A DNA stretch of 64,000 bases, taken from NCBI GenBank assembly GCA_035491815.1, contig DATJKA010000047.1, forward strand, positions 12,496 through 76,495, given 5' to 3'. A model generated the notes under the pieces. The model worked only from the letters and a program-made list of their open reading frames with translations, had not been told where the DNA came from and made no database searches. The stretch comes from Gemmatimonadales bacterium. Its GTDB lineage: Bacteria; Gemmatimonadota; Gemmatimonadetes; Gemmatimonadales; GWC2-71-9. This document shows, one piece after another, positions 51,376 through 63,070 of the stretch (its first letter is position 1; each line of letters opens with the position of its first letter). The position numbers were made by a program, and so were the translations under genes.

Positions 51376-52761
51376 ATGGTCGACGAGATGCTCGAATTCC
51401 TCCGGACCGCGCGCGAGCGGCCCGTCTGGCGTCCCGTGCCCCAGGACGTGCGCACGCGCCTCTCGGGACCGGCGCCCCGCACGGCCACGCCACTCGCCGA
51501 TGTCTACGAAGACTTCAAGCGCGACGTTCTCGCCTACCCCACCGGCAACATCCATCCACGCTTTTGGGGCTGGGTGATCGGCACCGGGACGCCCGACGCC
51601 ATGCTCGCCGACATGCTGGCGTCCGGGATGAACCCGCAGGTCGCCGAGTTCGACGACGCGCCCGCGGTGGTCGAGAACCAGGTCATTGCGTGGCTCGTCG
51701 AATTGCTCGGCCTCCCGCGCGAGACACACGGCCTGCTCGTCTCCGGCGGCTCGATGGCGAACTTCGTCGGGCTCGCCGTCGCGCGAAATGCGCGCGCCGG
51801 ATTCGACGTGCGGGAGCGTGGGCTGCAGAGCGGCACGACGCCGAGCCTGACCGTCTACGCATCGACCGAGACGCACTCGTCCGTGCGCAAGGCGGTCGAG
51901 CTGCTCGGCCTCGGTCACGACGCGCTGCGCAGCATTCCCGTTGCGGCCGATTACACGATCGATGTGAGCGCGCTGCGTCAGGCGCTCGCCGCTGACCGCG
52001 CCGCGGGACGCCGGCCGATCTGCATCGTCGGCAACGCCGGCACGGTCAATACCGGCGCAACCGATGACCTGCGGGCGCTCGCCGCGATTTGTCGCGAGGA
52101 GGAACTCTGGTTCCACGTCGACGGCGCGTTTGGGGCGCTCGTCGCGCTCGTGCCCGAGCTGCGTCACCTCGTCGCGGGGCTCGAGCAGGCCGATTCGGTC
52201 GCGTTCGACCTGCACAAGTGGCTGTACATGCCGTATGAGTGCGGCTGCACGCTCGTCCGCGACCAGCAGGCCCACCGCGCCACGTTCAACGTGACGCCGG
52301 CGTACCTCGCGTCGTTCGACCGCGGCATCGCCGCCGGCGGCTTCCCGTTCGCCGAGCGCGGCGTGCAGCTCTCGCGCGGCTTCCGGGCGCTGAAGGTGTG
52401 GATGTCGTTCAAGACGCACGGCGTCGATGCATTCGTGAAGCTGATCCACCAAAACGTGCGGCAGGCGCACTATCTCGCCGGGCTCGTGACCAGGCATCCG
52501 CGCCTCGAGCTGCTGGCGCCGGTGCCCATCAACGTGGTCTGCTTCCGCTACGTCGTCCCCGGCGCGAGCGATGCCGAGCTCAACGCGTTGAACATGGAGA
52601 TTCTGCTGCGCATCCAGGAGAGCGGTCTCGCGATTCCCTCGCAGACGACGCTCGGCGGGAAATTCGCGATTCGCGTGGCGATCACGAACCACCGCAGCCG
52701 GCGCGAAGATTTCGACTTGCTCGTGCGCGCGGTCGCCGAGACGGGCGCCGCCCTGCGCTAG
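51376..52761 (+). CDS. PLP-dependent group II amino-acid decarboxylase
   Basis: NIHPRFWGWV, LVSGGSMANFVGLAVAR and FDLHKWLYMPYECGCTLV (PLP-Lys context). The start is uncertain: the conserved N-terminal sequence (SLDPPDARGWDELRKIGHRMVDEM) begins at ATT 51316, ATG 51376 is the first plausible canonical start, and ATG 51229 gives an out-of-frame-looking extension. Confidence 0.8.
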   Translation: MVDEMLEFLRTARERPVWRPVPQDVRTRLSGPAPRTATPLADVYEDFKRDVLAYPTGNIHPRFWGWVIGTGTPDAMLADMLASGMNPQVAEFDDAPAVVENQVIAWLVELLGLPRETHGLLVSGGSMANFVGLAVARNARAGFDVRERGLQSGTTPSLTVYASTETHSSVRKAVELLGLGHDALRSIPVAADYTIDVSALRQALAADRAAGRRPICIVGNAGTVNTGATDDLRALAAICREEELWFHVDGAFGALVALVPELRHLVAGLEQADSVAFDLHKWLYMPYECGCTLVRDQQAHRATFNVTPAYLASFDRGIAAGGFPFAERGVQLSRGFRALKVWMSFKTHGVDAFVKLIHQNVRQAHYLAGLVTRHPRLELLAPVPINVVCFRYVVPGASDAELNALNMEILLRIQESGLAIPSQTTLGGKFAIRVAITNHRSRREDFDLLVRAVAETGAALR

Positions 52762-53687
52762 GCGTCGTCGGGCGTGCCGACGATCTTCCCCTCGATCGGG
52801 TTACTGAACGAGCGAACGGTGTGGTAGGCGAGGTCGATGTCGTCCTGTTTGCCGAACTCGGTCAGGATGTCGTCCCAAATCGCGGAAACCGTGCCGCGGC
52901 GGCGGCGCGGCTCGATCAGATAGCGAATGGTCAGCAGAATCCCTGATGCCGCGGCGCTCGTGTACACGATCGGCGTCAGCTTGCGGTAGTTGATCAGATA
53001 TTGCTGCGACGCGGCGAGCAGATCGCGCTCCGCCTCCTCCGTCAGATGCTCCGCGTGCTTGAACGCGATCTTCGTCAGGATTTCCTTCGCCTTCTGCCAG
53101 TTGCTCTCGTAGGTGATCAGCACCGGGACTTCGTTCCAGATGTACCTGAAGCCCTTGTCGTAGTTCGCGACCGGCTCGGTGAACACCATCTGGTTCGGAA
53201 TGTGAATGATCCGCCCGGTGCTCTGGTCCGCATCGACCCAGACGCCGATCTCGTTGAGCGTGAACTGGAATAGATGAATGTCGATGACGTCGCCGCGATG
53301 CTTGGCGATCTCGACGCGATCGCCGACGTCGAACGGCCGGCGCCACACGATGAACGCCCACGCCGCGAGGTTCGACAGCGGATCCTTGAGCGCGATCGCG
53401 ACCCCGGCGGAGACCAGGCCGAGGAAGGTCGCGAGCGACTTGAAGCCTTCCAGCCACTCGCGGCCGATGACCAGCACGCCGATGGCGAGCGTGAGATACG
53501 TGATCGTCTTGCGCCAGCGATAGCGGGACCACGGGTCGGTGACGCGCCGGTAGACGATCGCCAGCACGATCCGCTCGAGGGCCCACAGCACCGCGATCAC
53601 GATGATCGTGACCAGCAGGTGCATCTGCACCGCCGGGCTCAGGCCGAGGCGGTCTTGCAGCCAGTCGGTGACGTTCACGGTGGCCAA
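52758..53687 (-). CDS. MscS-family mechanosensitive ion channel
   Basis: TM helices followed by FDVGDRVEIAKHRGDVIDIHLFQFTLNEIG and IIHIPNQMVFTEPVANY. TTG 53687 (AGGAGG upstream) is preferred; ATG 53732 would overlap the divergent antiporter gene start. Confidence 0.8.
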   Translation of the reverse strand: MATVNVTDWLQDRLGLSPAVQMHLLVTIIVIAVLWALERIVLAIVYRRVTDPWSRYRWRKTITYLTLAIGVLVIGREWLEGFKSLATFLGLVSAGVAIALKDPLSNLAAWAFIVWRRPFDVGDRVEIAKHRGDVIDIHLFQFTLNEIGVWVDADQSTGRIIHIPNQMVFTEPVANYDKGFRYIWNEVPVLITYESNWQKAKEILTKIAFKHAEHLTEEAERDLLAASQQYLINYRKLTPIVYTSAAASGILLTIRYLIEPRRRRGTVSAIWDDILTEFGKQDDIDLAYHTVRSFSNPIEGKIVGTPDDA

Positions 53688-53717
53688 AGGTACGAGTCCT
53701 CCTATTTTTCGGCCACC

Positions 53718-55711
53718 GTGGAACAGCTCCACATCCTCCGCGACCTCGCCGTCATCTTCGCCGGCTCATTGCTGGTCATTCTGCTGTTCTATCGGTTGAA
53801 GCTGCCCGCGTTGCCGGGATTCATCGTCGCCGGCATCCTGCTCGGCCCGAACGCGCTCGGCTTCGTCTCGGACCCGCACGACGTCGAGAGCCTCGCCGAA
53901 GTCGGCGTCATTCTCTTGCTGTTCACGATCGGCATCGAGTTCTCGCTGAGCCGCCTCCGCGAGATGGGCCGGCAGATTCTCGCAGGCGGCATCGCGCAGA
54001 TGGGATTCACGGTGCTCGCGACGCTCGCGGCGGGCATCGCCATCCTCGGCGCGTGGCGCGTCGCGCTGTTTCTCGGCTTCCTGATCGCGTTGTCGAGCAC
54101 CGCAATCGTGCTGAAGGTGCTCACCGACTCGGGAGAGATCGACGCACCGCACGGGCGCCTCGCCACCGGCGTGCTGATCTTTCAGGACCTCTGCGTCGTT
54201 CCCATCGTGCTTGTCCTGCCCTTCCTCGCGGGAAAGGCCGAGGGGGGCATCACCGGGCTGGCGGTTGCGCTTGCGAAAGCGGCGCTCGTCGTCGTCGGCG
54301 TCCTGCTTGCTGCCCGCACCATCGTGCCGCGCGCGTTGGCCGAGATCCTCAAAACTCGCAGTCGCGAGCTGTTTCTCATCGCCGTCATTCTGATCGGCAC
54401 GCTCACCGCCCTCGCGACGGCTGCCGCCGGCGCATCACTCGCGCTGGGCGCGTTCCTGGCCGGCCTCATCATCTCTGAGTCGGACTACGGCCACCAGGCG
54501 CTCGCGGAGCTGATGCCGTTCCGTGACATCTTCATCTCGTTGTTCTTCGTGGCCGTCGGGATGCTGGTCCAGCTCGACATGATCGCGCACCACATTGCGA
54601 TCACGTTGATCGCGGTCGCAGTCATCATGGGCGGGAAGACGCTGTCGGCCGCGGTCGGCCCCGCCCTCATGGGCTACTCGGGACGCGTAGCGCTCCTCGC
54701 GGGCGTCGCCGTGTCACAGATCGGCGAGTTCTCATTCGTGCTGGCGCGGGAGGGCCGCGTCGCGGGGTTGCTCCCGGATCTGCTCTACCAGCAGTTCCTG
54801 GGCGTCGCCGTGATTACGATGCTGCTGACGCCGTTCCTGCTGCACGGCGGACCCGCAATCCTCGACCGCGTCGAGAAGCTCGTGCCACTCGACCGCCTGC
54901 TGCCGGGATTTCGGCCGCGCGGTTTCGCGCCGGTGGCCGATCCGGTAAAGGACCACGTCGTGATCGCGGGCTACGGGCTGAACGGCCGGAACCTCGCCAT
55001 CGCGCTGCGGTCGATCAACGCGCCGTATCTCATCGTCGAGCTCAACGCGCAGACGGTGCGGAAGGCACGCGCCGAGGGCGAGCCGGCGTTCTACGGCGAC
55101 GCCACGCGCGAGGAGATTCTGCGCGCGCTGGGCATCGAGCGCGCCCGGATGCTCGTGATCGCGATCTCCGATCCGGCGGCGACGCGGCGCATGGTGCGCG
55201 TCGCCCGTGAGATCAACACCAAGCTCTACATCGTCGCGCGCACCCGCTATGTCGTCGAGATCCCCGAGCTCACGCGCCTCGGCGCCAACGCCGTCATCCC
55301 CGAGGAATTCGAGACGTCGATCGAGATTTTCGCGCGCGTGCTGGCGCATTACAACGTGCCGCGCGACGAGATCGAGCGGCTGATCGGCGAAATCCGCGCC
55401 TCGCATTACCAGGCGCTTCGCCCGGGCGCGCGCCCGCGACTCACGCTCAGCGGTACGCTCGGCGCGATGCCGCAGATGCACATCGAGCGCATCATCCTGA
55501 GCGCCAACGCACCGGCCGCCGGTCAGACGCTCGCGGAAACCGCGCTGCGCTCCAAAACGGGCGCGTTGATTCTTGCCGTGCGGCGCGGCGAGAGCGATCT
55601 CGCCACTCCCGAGCCGAACTTCCGGCTCGCGGCGGGCGATGTGCTCATCGTCGTCGGGCAACCGCAACAAATCCAGGGCGCGTATCGGCTGCTGACCGGG
55701 CAAGAACCCGC

Positions 55712-55715
<4 letters not shown>
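53718..55715 (+). CDS. CPA2-family cation:proton antiporter (Kef-type) with RCK/TrkA N and C domains
   Basis: The GTG 53718 start gives MEQLHILRDLAVIFAGSLLVILLFYRLKLPALPGFIVAGILLGPNALG. RCK-N segment HVVIAGYGLNGRNLA. C-terminal TrkA-C-like segment. The ORF extension to 53274 is rejected. Confidence 0.85.
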
Positions 55716-57247
<1,532 letters not shown>

Positions 57248-57327
57248 GGACCAGGCTACGTTTATGACGGTCCCCGGGGGTAGCCAAAACGTCGCGGTCT
57301 GGAGCTAAATGACGCCATGAGCAGGGT

Positions 57328-58452
57328 ATGCGTATAGTAGGCGTGCCTTTTCGAACCTCGATCATTCCGGTAGCCGCAGTCGCGGCTCTGAGCGCGTGCG
57401 GCTCAAACCGCGGCGGCCAGGCGCCCAAGGTCCCGGTGAGCGTCGCGCGCGTCGAGAAGCGGGCCCTCCCGTACGAGCTCGACGCGACCGGCACCGTCGA
57501 GCCGATTCGCTCCGTCGATGTGCTCCCCCAGGTGACCGGCACCATCCTCCACGTGAGGTTCGCGGAGGGCGACGAAGTCGCGGCCGGTCAGGTGCTGTTC
57601 GAGATCGACCCGCGGCCCTATCGCGCCGCGCTGCAGCAAGCCGAGGGCGCGCTGCTGCGTGATCTGACCCAGGCGGAAACGGCGGCACGCGAGGCGGCGC
57701 GCTACAAGACGCTGGCCGCGACCAACACCGTCACGCAGGAAGACTACGAAGCCAAGCAGTCGACCGCCGATGCCGCCGCCGCCGCAGTCCGCTCCGACTC
57801 GGCGACGAGCGCGCTGGCACGTTTGAACCTCGAGTATGCGACCGTGCGCGCGCCGATCGGCGGCAGGACCGGCCGGCTGCTCCTGCACGAAGGCAATGTC
57901 GTGCGCGCCGGCAGCGATCCACTCGTATCGATCGTGCAGATGCGCCCCATCCTCGTCCGCTTCCCCGTTCCCGCCGTGAATCTGCCGGCGTTGCGCGCGC
58001 GGTTTGGTCAGGAGCTGATCGCGACCGCGAGCCCGGCGCGCGATTCGGCCTCGTCGATTCGCGGCGTCTTGTCGTTCGTCGACAATCAGGTCGACTCTTC
58101 GACCGGCAGCGTGCTCCTCAAGGCCCGCTTCCCCAACCGCGACGGCGAGCTCTGGCCCGGTGAGTTCGTCTCGATCACCCTGGTGCTCGGCACGCAGGCC
58201 GACGCCATCGTTGTGCCGACCCAGGCGGTGATGCAGGGACAGCAGGGCACGTACGTCTTCGTCGTGAACAACGACGGCACCGCCGCCACGCAGCCCGTGA
58301 CGGTCGAACGCACGCTCGACAGTCTCAGCGTTGTCGCCGGCGTCCCACCCGGCGCGCTGGTCGTGACCGACGGCCAGCTGCGGCTCACCCCCAACGCGAA
58401 AGTGGACATTCGCGGCGGACCGACCACAGAGACAACGCAGGGCGTGCGGTGA
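57328..58452 (+). CDS. RND efflux periplasmic adaptor (membrane fusion protein)
   Basis: Lipoprotein signal ...AAVAALSACGSN. GTVEPIRSVDVLPQVTG, FEIDPRPYRAAL and VRAPIGGRTG. Confidence 0.88.
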   Translation: MRIVGVPFRTSIIPVAAVAALSACGSNRGGQAPKVPVSVARVEKRALPYELDATGTVEPIRSVDVLPQVTGTILHVRFAEGDEVAAGQVLFEIDPRPYRAALQQAEGALLRDLTQAETAAREAARYKTLAATNTVTQEDYEAKQSTADAAAAAVRSDSATSALARLNLEYATVRAPIGGRTGRLLLHEGNVVRAGSDPLVSIVQMRPILVRFPVPAVNLPALRARFGQELIATASPARDSASSIRGVLSFVDNQVDSSTGSVLLKARFPNRDGELWPGEFVSITLVLGTQADAIVVPTQAVMQGQQGTYVFVVNNDGTAATQPVTVERTLDSLSVVAGVPPGALVVTDGQLRLTPNAKVDIRGGPTTETTQGVR

Positions 58453-61400
58453 GCATCTCCGGCCTCTTCATTCGCCGGCCCGTGGCGACGACGCTCGTCA
58501 TGTTCGGCATTCTGATGTTCGGGCTCATGGCGTATCGCCTGCTGCCGGTGAGCGATCTCCCCAACGTCGATTTCCCCACCATCACCGTGTCGGCCGGTCT
58601 GCCGGGCGCGAGCCCACAGACGATGGCCGCCGCCGTCGCGACGCCGCTCGAGAAGCAGTTCTCGACGATTGCGGGCATCGACGCGATGACGTCGTCGAGC
58701 ACATTGGGCGGCACCAACATCACGCTGCAGTTTTCGCTGTCGCGAAACATCGACGCGGCCGCGCAGGACGTGCAGGCCGCGATCTCGAAGACGCTCCGGC
58801 AGCTGCCGCCGGGAATGCAGCCGCCGTCGTACAACAAATCCAACCCCGCCGACTCGCCGATTCTCTATCTCGCCCTGACGTCCGGCACGATGGCGCTCTC
58901 GGCGCTCGACGAATACGCCGAGACATTCCTCGCGCAGCGCCTATCGACCGTCGACGGCGTCGCGCAGGTGCAGGTGTTCGGGTCGGCGAAATACGCCGTG
59001 CGGATCCAGGTCGATCCCAAGGCGCTGGCGGCCCGCGGCATTGGTTTGGACGAGGTCACCGCAGCCGTTTCGTCCGGCAATCCCAACCTGCCGACCGGCA
59101 CGCTGTGGGGACCGCAGCGTGCGTACACCGTGATGGCCGACGGCTCGATCTCCGGCGCGCCCGAGTTCCGCAAGCTGGCGGTGACCTACCAGAACGGCAC
59201 GCCGGTGCGTCTCGAAGACGTCGCTACCGTGCTGGACGACGTCCAGGATTCGCGCAACGCCAGCTGGTACGACGGCAAGCGTGCGATCGTGCTCGCGATC
59301 CAGCGCCAGCCGGGCACGAACACCGTCCAGGTCGCGGGTCGCGTGAAGGATATGGTTGCCGCTCTGGGCGCGCAGATTCCGGCCTCGGTGGAAGTGAACA
59401 CGCTGTACGACCGCTCGGTCTCGATCCGACAGTCCGTCAACGACGTCCAGCTCACACTGCTCGTCACGCTGGCGCTCGTCGTCATGGTCATCTTCCTCTT
59501 CCTCAAGAATCTGTCGGCAACGGTCATCCCGAGCCTCGCACTGCCGTTCTCGATCATCGGCACGTTCTCGGTGATGTATCTGATGGGGTACAGCCTCGAC
59601 AACCTCTCGCTCATGGCGCTGACGTTGTCGGTGGGCTTCGTGGTGGACGACGCGATCGTAATGCTCGAGAACATCGTCCGGCACATGGAAAAGGGAAAAC
59701 CGGCGATGCAGGCCGCGCTCGACGGCGCGCGCGAAATCGGCTTCACGATTCTTTCCATGACGCTGTCCCTGACCGCCGTCTTCATCCCCGTGCTGCTGAT
59801 GGGCGGCATCCTGGGCCGGCTGTTCCACGAATTCGCCGTGACGATCGGCGTCGCCATTCTCGTTTCCGGATTCGTGTCACTCACCCTCACGCCGATGCTC
59901 TGCAGCCGTTTCCTCCGGCCGCCCAAGGAAGCGAAGCACGGCCGCTTCTACGAAGCCACGGAGCGCGTGTACCAGCGGAGCCTGGCCTGGTACGAGCGCT
60001 CGCTGCGCTGGGTGATGGATCGCCGCCGGACCGCGATCTGGTTCTCCCTGGGCATTTTCGTGGCGACGGTGCTGCTCTATGGGTTCGTGCCCAAGGGGTT
60101 CATCCCGACCGAGGACCAGGGCCAGATCCAGGGCACCACCGAAACACTCGAGGGCTCGTCGTTCGAGAACATGCGCGACCACCAGCTCGCCGTCGCCGAT
60201 GTCCTGCAGCGCGATCCCAACGTCGCCCACTACATGTCGTTCATCGGTGGGGGCACCATGAACCAGGGCCGCCTGAGCATCCGCCTGAAGCCGCGTGGCG
60301 CGCGCCTCCCGGCCGACGCGGTGGTGCGCGAGCTGAACGCGAAGCTCAACGCAGTGACCGGGATCCGAACGTACCTGCAGTTACCGGCGTCCATTCGCAT
60401 CGGCGGCCGTCCAACCAAGACGCAGTATCAGTTCACCTTACAGAGCGCCGACATCGACGCGCTCTACCAGAACGCGGCCAAGCTCGAGCGCGCGTTACGC
60501 GGCGTTCCGACGCTGGCGGACGTCACCACCGACCTGCAGATCAAGAACCCGCAGGTGAGCGTGCGCATCGACCGCGATCGCGCCACGAGCCTCGGCGTCA
60601 CCGTGCAGCAAATCGAGCAGGCGCTGTACGACGCCTATGGGTCGCGTCAGGTCTCGACGATCTACACGCCGAACAATCAGTACTGGGTCATTCTCGAGCT
60701 GCTCCCCGAGTACCAGCGCGATCCCTCGGCGCTCCAGCTGCTGTATTTGCGCTCGCAAAAGGGCAACCTGGTTCCGCTGACTTCGGTTGCGTCGGCATCC
60801 AACGACATCGGCCCGCTGAGCGTGAACCACAGCGGCCAGCTGCCGTCGGTGACGCTCTCGTTCAACCTGCCGCCCGGCGTGTCGCTCGGCACCGCGGTCA
60901 ATGACGTGCAGAAGGCGGCGCGCCAGACGCTGCCGTCCACGATCAGCACCGGATTCTCGGGGACCGCGCAGGCATTTCAGTCGAGCCAGCAGGGACTCCT
61001 CTTCCTGCTGCTGCTCGCCATCGTCGTGATCTATATCGTGCTGGGGATTCTCTACGAAAGCTTCGTCCACCCGCTCACGATCTTGTCCGGCCTGCCGTTC
61101 GCGGGATTCGGCGCGCTGCTCACGCTGTTCGTTTTCCGCACCGAGCTGAGCATCTACGCGTTCGTCGGCATCATCATGCTCGTCGGCCTGGTCAAAAAGA
61201 ACGCGATCATGATGATCGATTTCGCGCTCGACGCGGAGCGGGAAGACGGCAAGTCGCCGCGCGAGGCGATCATCGAGGCGTGCAGCGTGCGATTCCGGCC
61301 GATCATGATGACGACGATGGCGGCCCTGATGGGCACCCTACCGATCGCGATCGGGCTCGGTGCCGGCGGCGAATCGCGCCGGCCGCTGGGTTTGGCGGTT

Positions 61401-61535
61401 GTCGGAGGGTTGGCGTTTTCTCAGATCATCACGCTGTACGTCACGCCCGTCGTCTACACGTACCTCGATGCGCTACAGCACCGCTTCGGCCGCCGCGCCC
61501 GGCGGCGAGTCGAGGAGCCCGCCGCCGCCGACTGA
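58449..61535 (+). CDS. RND efflux transporter permease (AcrB/MdtB/MexB family)
   Basis: 1028 aa. MSISGLFIRRPVATTLVMFGILMFG, FPTITVSAGLPGASP, VGFVVDDAIVMLENI and LVGLVKKNAIMMIDFA. It overlaps the adaptor gene by 4 nt. No outer-membrane factor gene is adjacent. Confidence 0.92.
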   Translation: MSISGLFIRRPVATTLVMFGILMFGLMAYRLLPVSDLPNVDFPTITVSAGLPGASPQTMAAAVATPLEKQFSTIAGIDAMTSSSTLGGTNITLQFSLSRNIDAAAQDVQAAISKTLRQLPPGMQPPSYNKSNPADSPILYLALTSGTMALSALDEYAETFLAQRLSTVDGVAQVQVFGSAKYAVRIQVDPKALAARGIGLDEVTAAVSSGNPNLPTGTLWGPQRAYTVMADGSISGAPEFRKLAVTYQNGTPVRLEDVATVLDDVQDSRNASWYDGKRAIVLAIQRQPGTNTVQVAGRVKDMVAALGAQIPASVEVNTLYDRSVSIRQSVNDVQLTLLVTLALVVMVIFLFLKNLSATVIPSLALPFSIIGTFSVMYLMGYSLDNLSLMALTLSVGFVVDDAIVMLENIVRHMEKGKPAMQAALDGAREIGFTILSMTLSLTAVFIPVLLMGGILGRLFHEFAVTIGVAILVSGFVSLTLTPMLCSRFLRPPKEAKHGRFYEATERVYQRSLAWYERSLRWVMDRRRTAIWFSLGIFVATVLLYGFVPKGFIPTEDQGQIQGTTETLEGSSFENMRDHQLAVADVLQRDPNVAHYMSFIGGGTMNQGRLSIRLKPRGARLPADAVVRELNAKLNAVTGIRTYLQLPASIRIGGRPTKTQYQFTLQSADIDALYQNAAKLERALRGVPTLADVTTDLQIKNPQVSVRIDRDRATSLGVTVQQIEQALYDAYGSRQVSTIYTPNNQYWVILELLPEYQRDPSALQLLYLRSQKGNLVPLTSVASASNDIGPLSVNHSGQLPSVTLSFNLPPGVSLGTAVNDVQKAARQTLPSTISTGFSGTAQAFQSSQQGLLFLLLLAIVVIYIVLGILYESFVHPLTILSGLPFAGFGALLTLFVFRTELSIYAFVGIIMLVGLVKKNAIMMIDFALDAEREDGKSPREAIIEACSVRFRPIMMTTMAALMGTLPIAIGLGAGGESRRPLGLAVVGGLAFSQIITLYVTPVVYTYLDALQHRFGRRARRRVEEPAAAD

Positions 61536-61540
61536 ACGCG

Positions 61541-63070
61541 CTACGGCGCGGAAACCGCGTTGACCCGTGCCGTCGCCGTGATGCCGGAGCCGATCACGAA
61601 GTCGAAGATCCCCGTGTGCTGCGCCTTCAGCGTCACGACCACCGCCGAATCCGCCGAATCCAGATTGACTAACTGCAATCCGGTGTTCCGCGCCGTCAGT
61701 CGGGCGCGGCCGGCGCGCAGCGCCTGCCCCAACGCATCGACGCCCGTGACGTTACCGTAGAAATCGTGAGCTTTGAGATGCAAGGTGAACGTCGTGTTCA
61801 CCGGCACGCTGATCGTCTGACCGGTCACCGGTTTGCCGTTGCGCTCGAGCACGAGCGCATCGATCGGACCGGGATCAGCATGCAGCGTGAGAATCCGTTC
61901 GACGGAGTCGATGGTCGCGAAAACGGCGGCGTCACCGGCCTTCGTCCCCAACACCACATCCAGCCGCACCTGCCCGCTCGAGTCGAGGACGGCCACTTCC
62001 GGCGTCACCTGGGCGTTGAGCGAACGGAAGCGGACGGTGTGGCCACTGGCCGCGCCACCCTGCACCGTCCGTGCCTTGAAGACCACCGGCTCGCCGAGCG
62101 ACGTGCCAACCCGGCTGTGCGGTGAGCCGACAGCACCGAATCCTGTGCTGACGCCCGACAGACCCGCAGCCGCCGCGACCTCGACGGTCACCGGCGGAAG
62201 GCCGCGCGCCAGGAGCTGTACGGTCCCGCCTCGCGGCGTCGAGCTCGACGACAACAGGAAGCTCGCGCGCCCGCCGGAGTCGGTCACGGCGGTGAGCGGC
62301 GGGCCCGATCCCGCGTTCAGGTCGACCGGCTCGCCGGAGACCGGGTAGCCGAGCGAATCGGTCACCGTGGCGGCGACGACCGCCGTGGAATCCGCGCCAC
62401 GCCCGAATGCGACGTACTCTGGGAAGACACGCAGCTGGCTGGGGCGCAACGCCCGGACGGCGTACTGGACGACCGGTTGGCCCGGGAACGTGCTGCCCCC
62501 CGCGGTGCGAATCTCGAACTGATGCGTTCCGCTGCGACCCACGCCGGGCAGGCGAAACACCGCGATTCCACTATCGTCCGTCACGGCGTTCGCGTCGCGC
62601 GCGAGTCCCAGCGACGTAGTCCCGCGCAGCGCGAGCGTAGCACGGCGCACGGGCGTTCTGCCTCGCGTCAGCTTGACGCGCACTGTGCCTGGCGCTCCAG
62701 GTGCCGTGACGACATCGGCGGGCAGCGCAACCGCCGTCATCGGCGGCTCGGCACCGCTCGTGCCGGCGCTGGACGGGCTCGACGCGACCGGTCCGCGGCG
62801 GCTGTCGCACGACGCGGCGCTGGCGATCACTTCACCGCCTGCCCCCGCGTCGCGGAGATCGGCCCAGTCGCGCTCCGTCGGATGGAAAGTCAAACAGCTC
62901 CGCCGGACGACGTCCGCCACTTCAGTTTGGGCAAACAACGGATTGGTGAGCAGCCGGATGAGCTCCGCCTTGTCGAGCGGCGGAGGCGCTTGCGTCGCCG
63001 CGCTCCGCGGCGTCGCCGCCAGGACGACCAGCGCGAGCACCCGCGAGCGCATCGCTACGGCCGCTGGCAC
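61541..63070 (-). CDS. secreted hypothetical protein with repeated Ig-like (Big-type) beta-sandwich segments
   Basis: Signal peptide MRSRVLALVVLAATPRSAATQ. A distinct approximately 90-aa N-domain is followed by several Val/Thr/Gly-rich segments of about 90 aa (e.g. GTVRVKLTRG, ATVTDSLGYPVSGEPV, AQVTPEVAVLDSSGQVRLDVVLG) resembling invasin/intimin-type Ig folds. Confidence 0.55.
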   Translation of the reverse strand: MPAAVAMRSRVLALVVLAATPRSAATQAPPPLDKAELIRLLTNPLFAQTEVADVVRRSCLTFHPTERDWADLRDAGAGGEVIASAASCDSRRGPVASSPSSAGTSGAEPPMTAVALPADVVTAPGAPGTVRVKLTRGRTPVRRATLALRGTTSLGLARDANAVTDDSGIAVFRLPGVGRSGTHQFEIRTAGGSTFPGQPVVQYAVRALRPSQLRVFPEYVAFGRGADSTAVVAATVTDSLGYPVSGEPVDLNAGSGPPLTAVTDSGGRASFLLSSSSTPRGGTVQLLARGLPPVTVEVAAAAGLSGVSTGFGAVGSPHSRVGTSLGEPVVFKARTVQGGAASGHTVRFRSLNAQVTPEVAVLDSSGQVRLDVVLGTKAGDAAVFATIDSVERILTLHADPGPIDALVLERNGKPVTGQTISVPVNTTFTLHLKAHDFYGNVTGVDALGQALRAGRARLTARNTGLQLVNLDSADSAVVVTLKAQHTGIFDFVIGSGITATARVNAVSAP

